NCBI RefSeq assembly: GCF_037042905.1
Contig: NC_087251.1
Location: 21,576,001-21,640,000 of the forward strand
Reading direction: 5' to 3'
Source of the DNA: Lytechinus pictus
Lineage: Eukaryota
DNA length: 64,000 bases
How positions within the stretch are numbered: position 1 is the first letter of the stretch; the number at the start of each line of letters is the position of its first letter. A program made the position numbers and the translations under genes. Positions 11,213-22,400 of this stretch are shown here, in pieces. A model generated the notes under the pieces. The model was given only the letters and a program-made list of their open reading frames with translations. It was not told where the DNA came from and searched no databases.

Positions 11213-14054
11213 ACTGTTACTATGGTGACTGTCTGATAAAACGTCCGACATGTCCTTTCATGAAACCAGGGACACTCCTCAGGACGACACTGTTGTTTTG
11301 ATTCACTGATTTTCGACAAAGGCTGGTTTGTTATGAAGGCCTTTTACAAAAGATTATAAGCGTTATAGAAAGCGTCGGCGAAATGATTGCTAAACATCGA
11401 TAATATCGATGTAACCCGAAAAAAAAGAATGACCACTTTTCAATTTTTGAAGGTTCTGGTTTGATATTCATAAAGTTCGGCCCACTATCCTGCGTGTGAA
11501 GATTTCATCCACCCCCCCCTCAAAAAAAAAAAAGAAATCAGTATAAAAATGAAACAATCAAAAATCAATACTTGCCAAAGTAAAGCATGGTTGTTCTAAT
11601 CAACCTTAAAATGAAGACGAGTGTCATTTTGAAGTACATGTTTTCCCACATGTCTTTTGACCAAGATGCACCTCTGAAAGTTCTTACAAGATAATGATAT
11701 TCAGAACTAAAATAGCAATGATGCAAAAGTTTCAAAAACTTGATTTGGTGATTAGTCTCCTCAGAATTCAGAATCAATCTACGATGTTTGAAAATTTGTA
11801 ATTAGTAGAATCAAATTTAATCAAAATATCTCTCTGACAGGTATACTTTTAAACGAAAATTACAAATTCACTAGCTCTTTTTATGCAAATCAATACTTTT
11901 CCATGCTGATTGTGTATGTGTATTGCTAATACTTTTTTTTGGGGGGGGGGGGTATTTCCTTTTCCTGTTCCAGAAGTGAGAGGAGTGAATAAAAAAAAGT
12001 TGTTTTTTGTTGATTAATGTTGGTTATTTTTTAAATCAAATAATTAACTTTACTTTTTCTTAAGAATGACGTCATGACGCGACGCGTCGCCCCTCTGAAG
12101 CATTCAATTCAGATTGTTGAAAAATAACTAAAAAAGTTCCTTTCAGAATATTTCTGAACAATTTTTAAGGAGTGGGGAATTCGATTAAAGTATCGGATCA
12201 GAGAAAGTACCGATTAACCTCATAATGCTATTATGAAATGCCGAGGAAAAAAATCTGTCAAAATGATGTCCTTGTAATCGAATTTCTCCACTCGAAACTG
12301 ACGACCCACCCGTGGAATTTCTCCTCTCAAACTCTACACCTTATTACATTTCCCTATGATTGCACACGGATGATATTGGTCGCCGCCAAATTGTCTGTGA
12401 CGTAACAGCGAGAGGACACTCCTTTACGAGTGAAGAACAAAAGCTAGCCGATTAGTTACTCAAAAGGCGTTTTAATTTGGTCGCGCGCTCTAAGAACGCC
12501 ATCCGTGCAAAGAGCGACGCGCATAAGAATACCGTCTCGATGCGACCCCTACGGCGACACAACACATTTTCTCCAGTGATCACAAGATTGAGAGGCGAAA
12601 GGGTTTAGGTGTCTTTAGATGCTTGTTGCTATTGTGTGATTCATCATACAATGCTTGTACAGCAGTGGGAATATACCGAATAAAACAAGAGAGTGACAGG
12701 ACACATCATCTTGTGGGAAAGAGGGTAAGGGGCACAACCCCCTTTTAAAAGGGGACCATTAAGTTCTTCTCCACGTCAGGTACATCCCCCGTTAATGAAT
12801 TTTAGATAATTATTTATAGCACTGCATTTTGTTTATTCTTTGACTTAAGGTCCGTTTATAAATTCACGAAATATTTCTCTTCATTGTAGAGAATGAATAT
12901 TTATTTTTCGTTCAAAATCTGAACGGTTCTCCAATAGTTTGTTAAAATCGATTTTTGTGAGGACAGATATTCAAAAATATGTTATGAAAAAACACAATCT
13001 AGTAAGAATAGGACGTATGACAATTGTTTAACAAAACAATCTCTTCTAAAGCTTTAGCATTCCTATATTTAACAATATCAATAACACTTTTTAAATCTCT
13101 TTACCACCCCCACCCCTTTCTACACTCTATATCTATTATACTTAATCAGGATGTCTATACAACACATTCCATTACCTGCCTACATCTTTTTTTTTCGAAA
13201 TCTATAGACGAAAATATAATATTGTGTTCTATTTTGTGACTTAAATAGTATACACCCTTTTTCTATAAATTCCAAACCCATCCTACTCCGCCATTCTTAG
13301 TATCATCCCCGCGAGAGAGGCGGCGTAGGCAAAATACGATATTGAGACCAAATTGTCATATTTTGACTGCGCTGTCACTCACGTACCGTCTGCCCCTTAC
13401 CCCCGAGGCGGTGCTTGCTTGACAAGGCAGACACACATTCATACACACAAACAGAGAGACAGACAAAGACTTAACAAGGAAAAGGAGAAGGGGGCATCTT
13501 CTCCCGGGAAGGGAAATCATAAGTGTGGTGCCGATGGCGTGTTTTTTTTCGGAAATTAAATAGATAAGGGAGTATTTGCACTTTTCATGCTTTTCAACTT
13601 GAGAGAATGCAATCAGGCAGAAAATGGAATAATCGCATTTTAAGCTGGAAATGTGACATCATTGTCACATAATAACGTGTATTCTTTTTGTTGATGTGTA
13701 AACTCGGCAAAATTGCGATTATGGGCTAATTTCATCGCCTCAAAGGAATGGTGCAAGTTATATATGCAGGGGTGAGTGCGGGATATATTTCTGAAAGTGA
13801 CACAAGCAGGACAAAAATTTTAATGGAAGAGGTTTTTTATTTGAGTTAAGGAGGGCGATGATGTACTTCTCCTGTATACGGCGTGGTTTGAATGTGTGAG
13901 CTTTATTTCGACTTTAATATTTTATTTATCTTGATTCATTTAGAGATTTAAACAAGACTGAAATTTGTCACTTAAAAACGATTAAATATGCTCACTTTTA
14001 TGTAAACGGAATAAAGATTTGTCAATATTTCGTCTAATGATTCAAATAAGTACC

Positions 14055-14100
14055 AATAATACTAATAATAAAAGAACAGCTTTTGTATAGCGCATTACAC
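14055..14100 (-). mobile_element. L2-type LINE/SINE 3' tail fragment
   Basis: Reverse complement reads gcgctatacaaaagctgttcttttattattagtattatt, typical of L2-derived tails. Confidence 0.4.
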
Positions 14101-14379
14101 CTTACAAAGGTCGATTAATTTAGGATTTACAATAACAATAAGAGAGTGGAACCATTACATGGCCGTAAAGACTTCTCTCCAGCATCGCTTGGCGCGATGG
14201 AGAATAAATTTTAAAGTCATAATAAACATCACGTTGCTTTATTGCTACATCTAATTAGTTTTTAGTTGTCTTAATTTTGTTTGCAGTATACGAAAATATT
14301 AATATGTTAGAGTTTCAGTCAATATGAATACTTAAATGATGAAGATTTTGGGGACACATTTCCTTCATTGATATACAGA

Positions 14380-14773
14380 GGATGATTGGCCTCTGCGCTT
14401 GGCTATGCACATAAAAGTCCGGGGTTCGAAACTCTACACTTTGAAAACACTGAGTAAAATTTTACCCAATATTGGGTAGAAAGGGAACATGCATCTTTGC
14501 TGGGCATTTTGCATATTTAAAGGGTAAATTTCAACGTAATATTGCGTAAAATTTAAAAAATATCTGGTATCTTTTTACCCAACCAACATGCATGTCCCAT
14601 TTTACCCAATATTGGGTAAACCTTTTTTTTTCAGTGTACCACGGCATTCATCTCCCTGAGCAAGGCATTTCTTCATTGCTCTGTCACGTCTATTGGATGG
14701 TGACATAAAATAACGTTGGACAGTCGTAAATAATGATTGATATCCTTGGGTATTAGAAGAAAAAAAAAAAAAA
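14380..14773 (+). mobile_element. tRNA-derived SINE interrupted by a MITE
   Basis: B-box GGGGTTCGAAACT just before the insertion. The element resumes after 14638 with ccacggca..tccctgagcaaggcattt and ends in an A-run. The head resembles the copy at 53606. Confidence 0.6.
14437..14636. mobile_element. EnSpm/CACTA-like MITE
   Basis: CACT...AGTG termini with a 2-bp TA duplication. Palindromic subterminal motif TTTACCCAATATTGGGTA at both ends. Confidence 0.75.
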
Positions 14774-15276
14774 CGTACATAACCAAGTACGCGCACCCTC
14801 CTAATTTGTTACGTCATAAAATGTTCTTTTACTTAAATGACGCCACACATCGTGCACTCATCTCTCTCCATAATTATAGAGGTGGTAAAGTAAGCTTATT
14901 TTATCTCTCTCTAAATTTCTCTCCTTTTCATCACTCATCAAGACCGTGTATGGAATGCCATCTGAGTGGCGGATTTATGAAATTCACGAATCAGCCGTGA
15001 AATATCGATCAAAGAAAAATCAGCGCTTTTGCAAACCTGTATATAGGAGTGCAAGCAATGGACTGGCTAGCCGTCACGCGTAATTCAGTTAATGAACATG
15101 TGTTGATAGGTTAGGATATCATCTTATCTTGGGTTAATCAAAATGAACGCTTGAATGTTTGATGATGTGATTACCATATTTCACATATGGCTTTATTATG
15201 GAAAGAAGTAGGACACACGATTTGCGATAGTGAACGTATTGCTGGTATTTTTATTGCAAGTGTAGACCTGTATCGG

Positions 15277-16923
15277 CCGCACAGAAACGCTGTTAGCGTA
15301 ACATTTCACTAACACTGCGCTAACAAAGGGCCCTGTTACAACCGGTAAACTCGCCGCGATGGCAATAATGCATTATTTACATCTGAGATCAACGCTTGAC
15401 ATCACAACTTGTATAGTATTATCCATTAACAAATCAGCTCCTAACAACATGGGTAGAATTACCGCACAGAAGGCACAGAAAGCTGTTAATTGTTAGGGGA
15501 TTAGAGTTAGGCAAAATCTATGATTTGTACGTAGTGATCTAGATTTAAATTATATTTAGTTATGATTATTTGCACACCCTACAAGTTTAAAATCTTGTCT
15601 AGGAAAGGGTAAAGGAATGTAATTCATTATCATATAGGCCTACAAAATTGAATTATTATTACATTTTAAACATGAAATGGCAGCAGGTAGTAAATATATA
15701 TTTACTAATTTAATATAAAAAATATCGAATATGCTTTAAAAAGATCCAAAAATTAGCCTATCATGATATTACAATGGAGATTCTGTACAAAAAAATGCAA
15801 TCCCACTTTTCATCAGTTTCTTTTGTTAGAAAATGCTCTTCACAGACTTCACTCATCATGCTCATGATAGAGTATTTGCCAATGATGGTTATCATGCGAT
15901 AAATTTCATCAGCTATTGTTCTTCTTTCTAATGTAGGGTCTATTCATAAAAATGTCTTCAAACACCTAAATAAATGATATATCTTGGAAGAAAAAAAATC
16001 TTTGAAAAGGATAATATATCTTGGCACTAATCAACATCCCCCGCTATATACATATTCCTAAAGGGGTACTCCAGGCTGAAGAAAATAATACGGTTTGAAC
16101 AGTAAAGTGAGACAGACAAAACATTGACAAATTGATAAAAATTGGAAATGAATACAAACAATTATGGTATCTTAAAAATTTGCATTAGGCCCTATTTCGG
16201 TGAAATTTATATTCATGTCTTCAGGAATATGCAATAAGGGTCTGTTGTATCATACAAAATTAGGTTTATTTAAATTTTGTAAACACAGAATATTGCTTCA
16301 AAGATCATCATTTTGTTACTCGGGCGACATACACACATTTGAGACAATTACGAGTTCATTTCAATAAAATCATAAAAAGGGGAAAGAGCTAGAGGATATG
16401 ACATTATCGTTCCATTTATTGCATATTCATGGCCACATGCTGCTCAGTGATATCAGTTGCAAAAACAGTGTTTAATGTTTAATATTAAAGAATTTTGTTA
16501 TTTTTTATCAGATTTTGATGAAATTTTCAGCAATTTGCTCATCTAATTTTACTTAATTTATTCATATATTGTTGGGCCCAGAATACCCCTTTAATTCGGT
16601 CGAGGTATATTTTAGATTACTTGGTATAAGAAAGGGAGACAAGTTTTAAAGAGAGAAATTATTCACTAACATCGTCACTATTGGTGCCCTTGGCACTGTT
16701 AGTGATTTGTATTAACATTAGCGCCACTGTTAGCTTCTGCTAAGCCTTTTATATTGTTAGATTATTAGGAATTCGGCTAAGCTTCTGTGGGTTTATCGAT
16801 ACCGGTAGGCCTACTTTTAGTGCTCTGTTAGTGAAAACAATGCGTCAAGGCGGTGGTCACCCGTGAAAGGTGTGACTGGCCCTAATGTTAGCGTTCTGTT
16901 ACGCTAACAACGCTTCTGTGCGG
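15277..16923. mobile_element. ~1.65-kb non-autonomous TIR element (superfamily unassigned) with a nested Kolobok-like MITE
   Basis: IR CCGCACAGAAACGCTGTTAGCGTAACA / TGTTACGCTAACAACGCTTCTGTGCGG. Reiterated gcacagaa/tgttag/ctaaca subterminal motifs. TSD not resolved. Confidence 0.7.
16062..16590. mobile_element. Kolobok-like MITE
   Basis: CTAA|AGGGGTACTCC ... GAATACCCCT|TTAA: AGG..CCT termini with a TTAA-type target. Internal layout resembles 25338-25948. Confidence 0.7.
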
Positions 16924-17597
16924 TCGCCACTGGGAAATAAAACGAAATTAACTTTGAATTAGAAGGGTGCAGCGTATAAATTACTATCATAGAGTACTTT
17001 GATAAGATAATATTCCAGATTCAAATTTACATAATCATATTTTGCCATGCCATAAATGCAACGTCATCTAAACGCAACCAATATAAATTCGTGTATAATG
17101 TTAATGTAATGATAAAAGGAAATAATAAAGTTCTATTATCCACGACTTATAGGAGGAACATTAGACCCTTGTCAGATTGTTAACATGTTGCATGTTGAAA
17201 AGTATCTAATCAAGAATTAGGTTTATATTGTTGAACTGATAAAATAAACCTTTCTATAGTTCATGGAATAGCCATTACCCCTCATCACATTATCAGAAGC
17301 ATTATCAGATAGTCTGACAGTATGTTTTTTTTTTGCTGCTGTTTCATATAGAATCATAACACCCTTTTGAATATTTCATAAGAATATAAACAAAAAGAAA
17401 AAAAATATATAACTATTAATTTAATTTTAAAATTTCTTATTTTCATTTATTTTCTCCCAGAGAAAACAGAGTCTTTTTGCTTGTGGCTCTAAATAGAGTG
17501 ATTCATGTGTGTATTATTTTTACAGGACTTTCATGATTTTCATTTTTTTATGAATTAATGTATACAGACAAATAAAATTAAACCAAACATCCGATTG

Positions 17598-17744
17598 GAC
17601 CTCTATATGGAGAACCAGAGCCATTGTACCAATGGATCTGAATAGAGTGATCCATCCGTATCTTTTTAAGTATGTACATATTTAATTTTAATATTTTGTA
17701 CACTGTATCTTGTGATTTTTATACGGTAAATGAAACCAAACCAA
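17598..17744 (+). mobile_element. Short retroposon / LINE 3'-end fragment with (AAACC)n tail
   Basis: Aligns to the reverse complement of 36467-36754 (gacctcta..agccatt..caatgg.tctgaatagagtgatccatccgtatc..ggtaaat.aaacc). A more degenerate relative lies just upstream at ~17455-17588. Confidence 0.7.
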
Positions 17745-18374
17745 TCTCTAATGATACAAAGAAAGATGCGTGGAAAGAGATATGATGGGTGTTATAGGAG
17801 CAAAAATAGAGTTGAGGGAGCATAAACAAATTCATGTTTATGACCCTGTATGTTCCCACGCCTATAATAGACACAGCAGTTATCTTCTCTCACCTTCTTC
17901 CTCTTCCACCATCCCACCGACTAAACGCAGACCCACATAAAATAATACGAACAGCAAATAAAACTGAAAATTGAATAAATGTTTATGATGGGTACGCGGT
18001 GCAGATGGGAGCCACATTCCTCCATATAAGGACGAGTGGGGGTATTTTGGGAGTAAAGTGGGACATCAACAGAGCAGGATGTTGGATTCTATTTATAAGG
18101 TCATGTGAGGTCAAGTTCGCTCGCGTTTGGACGACGTGGGGTCTTACAATTCATGATCTAGATATATGGTGAGACACCTGATGGTGTTCGTTAAGTTACG
18201 CACAACAAGGACTGGGTGATACACCAAGCCAAATAAGTATCTCCCTTAATTTATCTGAAATTGAAAATTTTCATATCATAATTATTATAGGTGTTTGTTT
18301 TCGATTCAGGTAAATGAAAGTATTAATCTACGTTGTTAAACACGGTGAGCTCACATTTTTTGTGAGCTTCATAA

Positions 18375-18707
18375 AGCCATTCGTAACTTTCAAAAAAAAA
18401 ATATGTGACAATTCCCGTAGAACATATGCTGCCTGTTACAATACTAACTTCTTAATTTGAAAGCGATATTGTGATAGATAGTATACAGGCCTAATCCAAA
18501 CTAATTACAGTAAGAACAAGTACAGAGGGGGAATCAAATATGTAAACCAGCATGAGAACGAGTAGATGTTGCACAAACATATTTATTCCATATTTCATTA
18601 TTCTGCAAGACAGTTTATAAACAGCTTGGTTTTTATGACAAAAATCACGAAAAAGGGGCAGACATTTTAAAAGACACCCACGACCATATCTTTTTTTTCG
18701 AATGGCT
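18375..18707. mobile_element. Kolobok-like MITE (degenerate)
   Basis: 14-bp inverted repeat CATAAAGCCATTCG / CGAATGGCTTTATG, including decayed TTAA-like flanks. Confidence 0.5.
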
Positions 18708-18746
18708 TTATGCCTGATGTCCTCAAAGAAGATTAATAATCCTTAA

Positions 18747-19330
18747 AGGAGAATGAAACCTTTAGAACAAGATAGCTTGTGTGAAAACAGAAATATCAGA
18801 GAAACAGATCAACGAAAGTTTGAGAAAAATAGGACAAATAATGAGAAGGTTATGAGCATTTGAATATTGCGATCACTAATGCTAGGGAGATCATCATATT
18901 GGCAATGCAACAAAGATGTGTGATGTCACTTGTGAACATCTCTCCCCATTACTTTAGTATGTATTTCACTTAAATTGCCTCTTTTATCACATCTATTAGT
19001 AGATCATGTGTTATTTCTATAGGAGGGCATGTAATACAGATTTTAAAGAATACATCATGGATAAAGAGCTTGTATCACCATAAAGAAAAAGCAATAAGAG
19101 ACATTTTGGGGTATTTTATAGTCCATCAAAGGGAAAGTTGTTCACATGTGACATTACACATCATTGTCGCATTGTCAATGGGAGGATCTCCATAGCATTA
19201 GTGATTGCAATATTCAAATGCTCATAACTTTCTCATTGTTTGTCCGATTTTTCTCAAACTTTCGTTGATCTGTTTCTTTGATTTTTCTGTTTCGACACAA
19301 GCCTACTTATTCCAAAGGTTTCATTCCCCT
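18747..19330. mobile_element. Kolobok-like MITE with ~200-bp terminal inverted repeats
   Basis: TTAA|AGGAGAATGAAACC ... GGTTTCATTCCCCT|TTAA. Arms ~18747-18945 and ~19130-19330 are imperfect reverse complements. Confidence 0.9.
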
Positions 19331-19440
19331 TTAATACCGAATCATTGAATCTTGTATTTATCTTTCTTTCCTGGCATGAAAATATATTTTATCAACCTTC
19401 TTAAAGTTGAGATCAATGAAACACATTGAAATCCACTTTG

Positions 19441-19443
<3 letters not shown>

Positions 19444-19492
<49 letters not shown>
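19444..19492. repeat. (TA)n microsatellite
   Basis: Directly visible. Confidence 0.95.
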
Positions 19493-19494
<2 letters not shown>

Positions 19495-22400
19495 CTATAT
19501 CTCTCTTTTAACGATAGATGTGTGGGAGAGAGGGGAGCACCAAGAACGCAACAAAACACCTGCCTGATGGAAAGACTATCTAGATGTGATGCTATGTCCT
19601 CTCGAGGTGCTTTTTCGTCCGAGTGGTAGCAATCAGATTTCGGCTGAGCCTCGCTCCCGAACATCTCGGCATTCGGGTATAAAAGTTTATGACAACGCTC
19701 TGGTGGTTCGCAAGGATAATGATAGTTGACTTCAACAGATTGCATCCAATGGTGTTTGTTCTCCCTTTTCTCTCTCCAATTTCTCAGAATTTGTCATTTT
19801 TTTATCCTCTCTTAATAATATTTTATACAACCCATTGTCACTTCCTTCTCCTTTTCTTCTTCCAACAGAAAATATATTTCCATCTGTCTTTTGTTTTCAT
19901 CTTTAATCTTAGAAATAAAAAAATATATATATTGTTATTTTGCCATTAAAACGATAATCGTCCAATCCCATAATTGTGGGTTTTTTTCTTCTTGAGATAT
20001 CCAATAATAATGTTGCTTTGATATGATGTCTTTGTTTTTATTCTTTTTTATATATTACTATTATTACATTGAAAATTTATATATATAGGGTTTTAAAGTC
20101 ATGATATGCCATGATCTACATTCTTTAAGTAGGGGTAATAAAGGCATATCCTCAAGCAGGAAGAGGGGGTGGTGTAGACAAATAACATCTAGGTTTAATG
20201 AAAAATGTATTTTATCATTATTTTTCATATCTCCACATTGTTGCTCTGAGCTGGTGTATTTAAAAAAATACTCAAGGTTTTAACCGGCTTTGATTCGTTC
20301 CGTAATGCAAAACTGAAAAAAATTAACTATTTACGATGACTGCATGACTATTTTTTTTGGGGGGGGGGGCTGAGGAACAAAATATTACGGTGGTTTAAAA
20401 TATATTATTTTAACATGATACTAAAATTGTAAAGTACCGGCCTACTTCCCAACATATCTATAGATTAATATACCTACTAAAGTGTGTCGATCGATTTGTA
20501 AATTTAATTTGAAATCACTCAATATCAGCAGTACACCATCGAATATTTACTTCTCTGAATAAAGTTTTAATTTCATACTTTGGGTGTACTGTGCAGTCAA
20601 AACTGTTTAGTTAATATTTGCATTCATTGTGTTCACTGATTTGTTGAATTTTCATTATTTTATATTCATTGATGCTTACATGCATTATCTGAAGCTGATT
20701 TGATTTACTTTATTTAGTCTTATTTGATGAAATTAACTCACTGTGCAGCGCACACAAAAGGCCTTTTAAGTCAATATCAGTTCCTCCCCCCTGGCAGCTG
20801 GTATCAGTGGTAACCACCGTGACATCGAGAGGGCATTCTGCCAGTGCGCTGGCGTGAGACAAAAGAAGATTGGCACACGTTTTTAAGGGTCGGGATTAGT
20901 CAAGCCCAACGATGGTCCCCTCTCGACCGCCTCCCCGCCCGACCGTCGTTCTCAGTTCGAGGATTCCCCGACCAGATCGCTCCCACGCTCCCTTTTTTTT
21001 TCGCGTATCATAAAGTTTTATACTCGCCCAGGTTTTTTATGTCCTGAAATTTCAATGAATAGTGGATGGACTCTGGTGCTGGGAACGAACTTGAAAAAGA
21101 AAAGGAACAATAAGGAAATGACTGAATATGACTTATTTCTTTCATCAATCTTTCTTTTTGCTGATGTTGCCTATCACGTCCATTTGATACACAGCTGTCT
21201 CCGATGAAATTGTTTGCTTTGTTTTGCTTCTTTTTATTTGTTACTATTTTCCCAATACTTACAAACTGCTGTCATTTTGTATGATTTTGCCGCATAAACT
21301 TTTCTTCACCACGACGTGTTAGTGTACTATTTGCTTTTATACTGTGTTGTTGTTTTTTATTTGAATTTTTATAAGTTTCTTTGAAAACGTTCTAAAAGTA
21401 TAACTTCGGAGCGAACAAGGGGACAGGGGCAACCTGCAATTTTAGTTAACTTATCAACTTACAAAAAAGAAGAAAGAGAGTATAAGTGTATTCGAGGAAG
21501 GGAAAATAGACTCATAAATGTTTTATTGGTTTTTCAGTTTCGTTGTTTTTTATTTGTTAGTTTAGTCGTTCTTGAAAAGCAAACAGATGGAATAATGGAT
21601 ATTCTTACATGCTTCCTGAAAAAGGTGAATGATATCCAAAATTATGGTTAAATGCAAGTCTATAAATATACGGTCACCTGATTGATAAAAAATGTAAATT
21701 CTGTTGAATAAAATGGGCTTGCTTACAAATAAGCGAACCGAACACCGATGTACTTTTAAATGCGAAATACACAAATACTGGTAAAGGATACTAATATCGA
21801 TCGTTTATATATGATATGTTATCTACACAGGTTGCGACAACGGACGGAGCATCATCAAGTACTCTTTTGATAAAGTAACAACCAACGATGTTTGATAATT
21901 CAATGCCGTGTCAAGTGACTGTTAACAACTTGGCGACGAGAAGCTTTACTACAGGTGTTTACCGCTGTACTCAATCGTCGGTAACACTTGTCTTTAGCTG
22001 TGTACAGTGTCAAGCAATGTGGAGTCGAATGTGTCAAAAACAAATCAATCAATTATCATTCACATTACGATAGATTTATCGTTCATTGATCGTTCAGAGT
22101 TGGGTTCACGAGCTCGAGTATCGAGGAAAGGAGATAAGCGAAATCGATAGAAGAATGATTGAACAGAAATGAAATGTTTTTGTTATATATTTCATCATTA
22201 CTTTCTATCCTTTTCAATACAAAAATATGTACAGATTTTAACTAGTCTGTATACGCAGCAATTTTCAATCACTGAAAGTTATGAATCATTATTTTGGAGA
22301 GTGTGTGATATTTTTCTATTCCTTTTAAAATCATAGACTATAAATTTAAGGGAATAATTTTTTTATAACATTGATAATTTTCTTTGATAGAAACATAAGA

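Larger units (their letters stand above)
9427..11279 (+). mobile_element. ~140-bp Harbinger-like MITE split by insertion of the hAT composite
   Basis: 9427-9511 joined to 11221-11279 aligns by eye to the uninterrupted copy at 38770-38906 (gtgtttc..gtcagatc.gaca..gattggytgaga..actgtc..tccgaca..ttcatgaa..cactcc). Confidence 0.75.
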
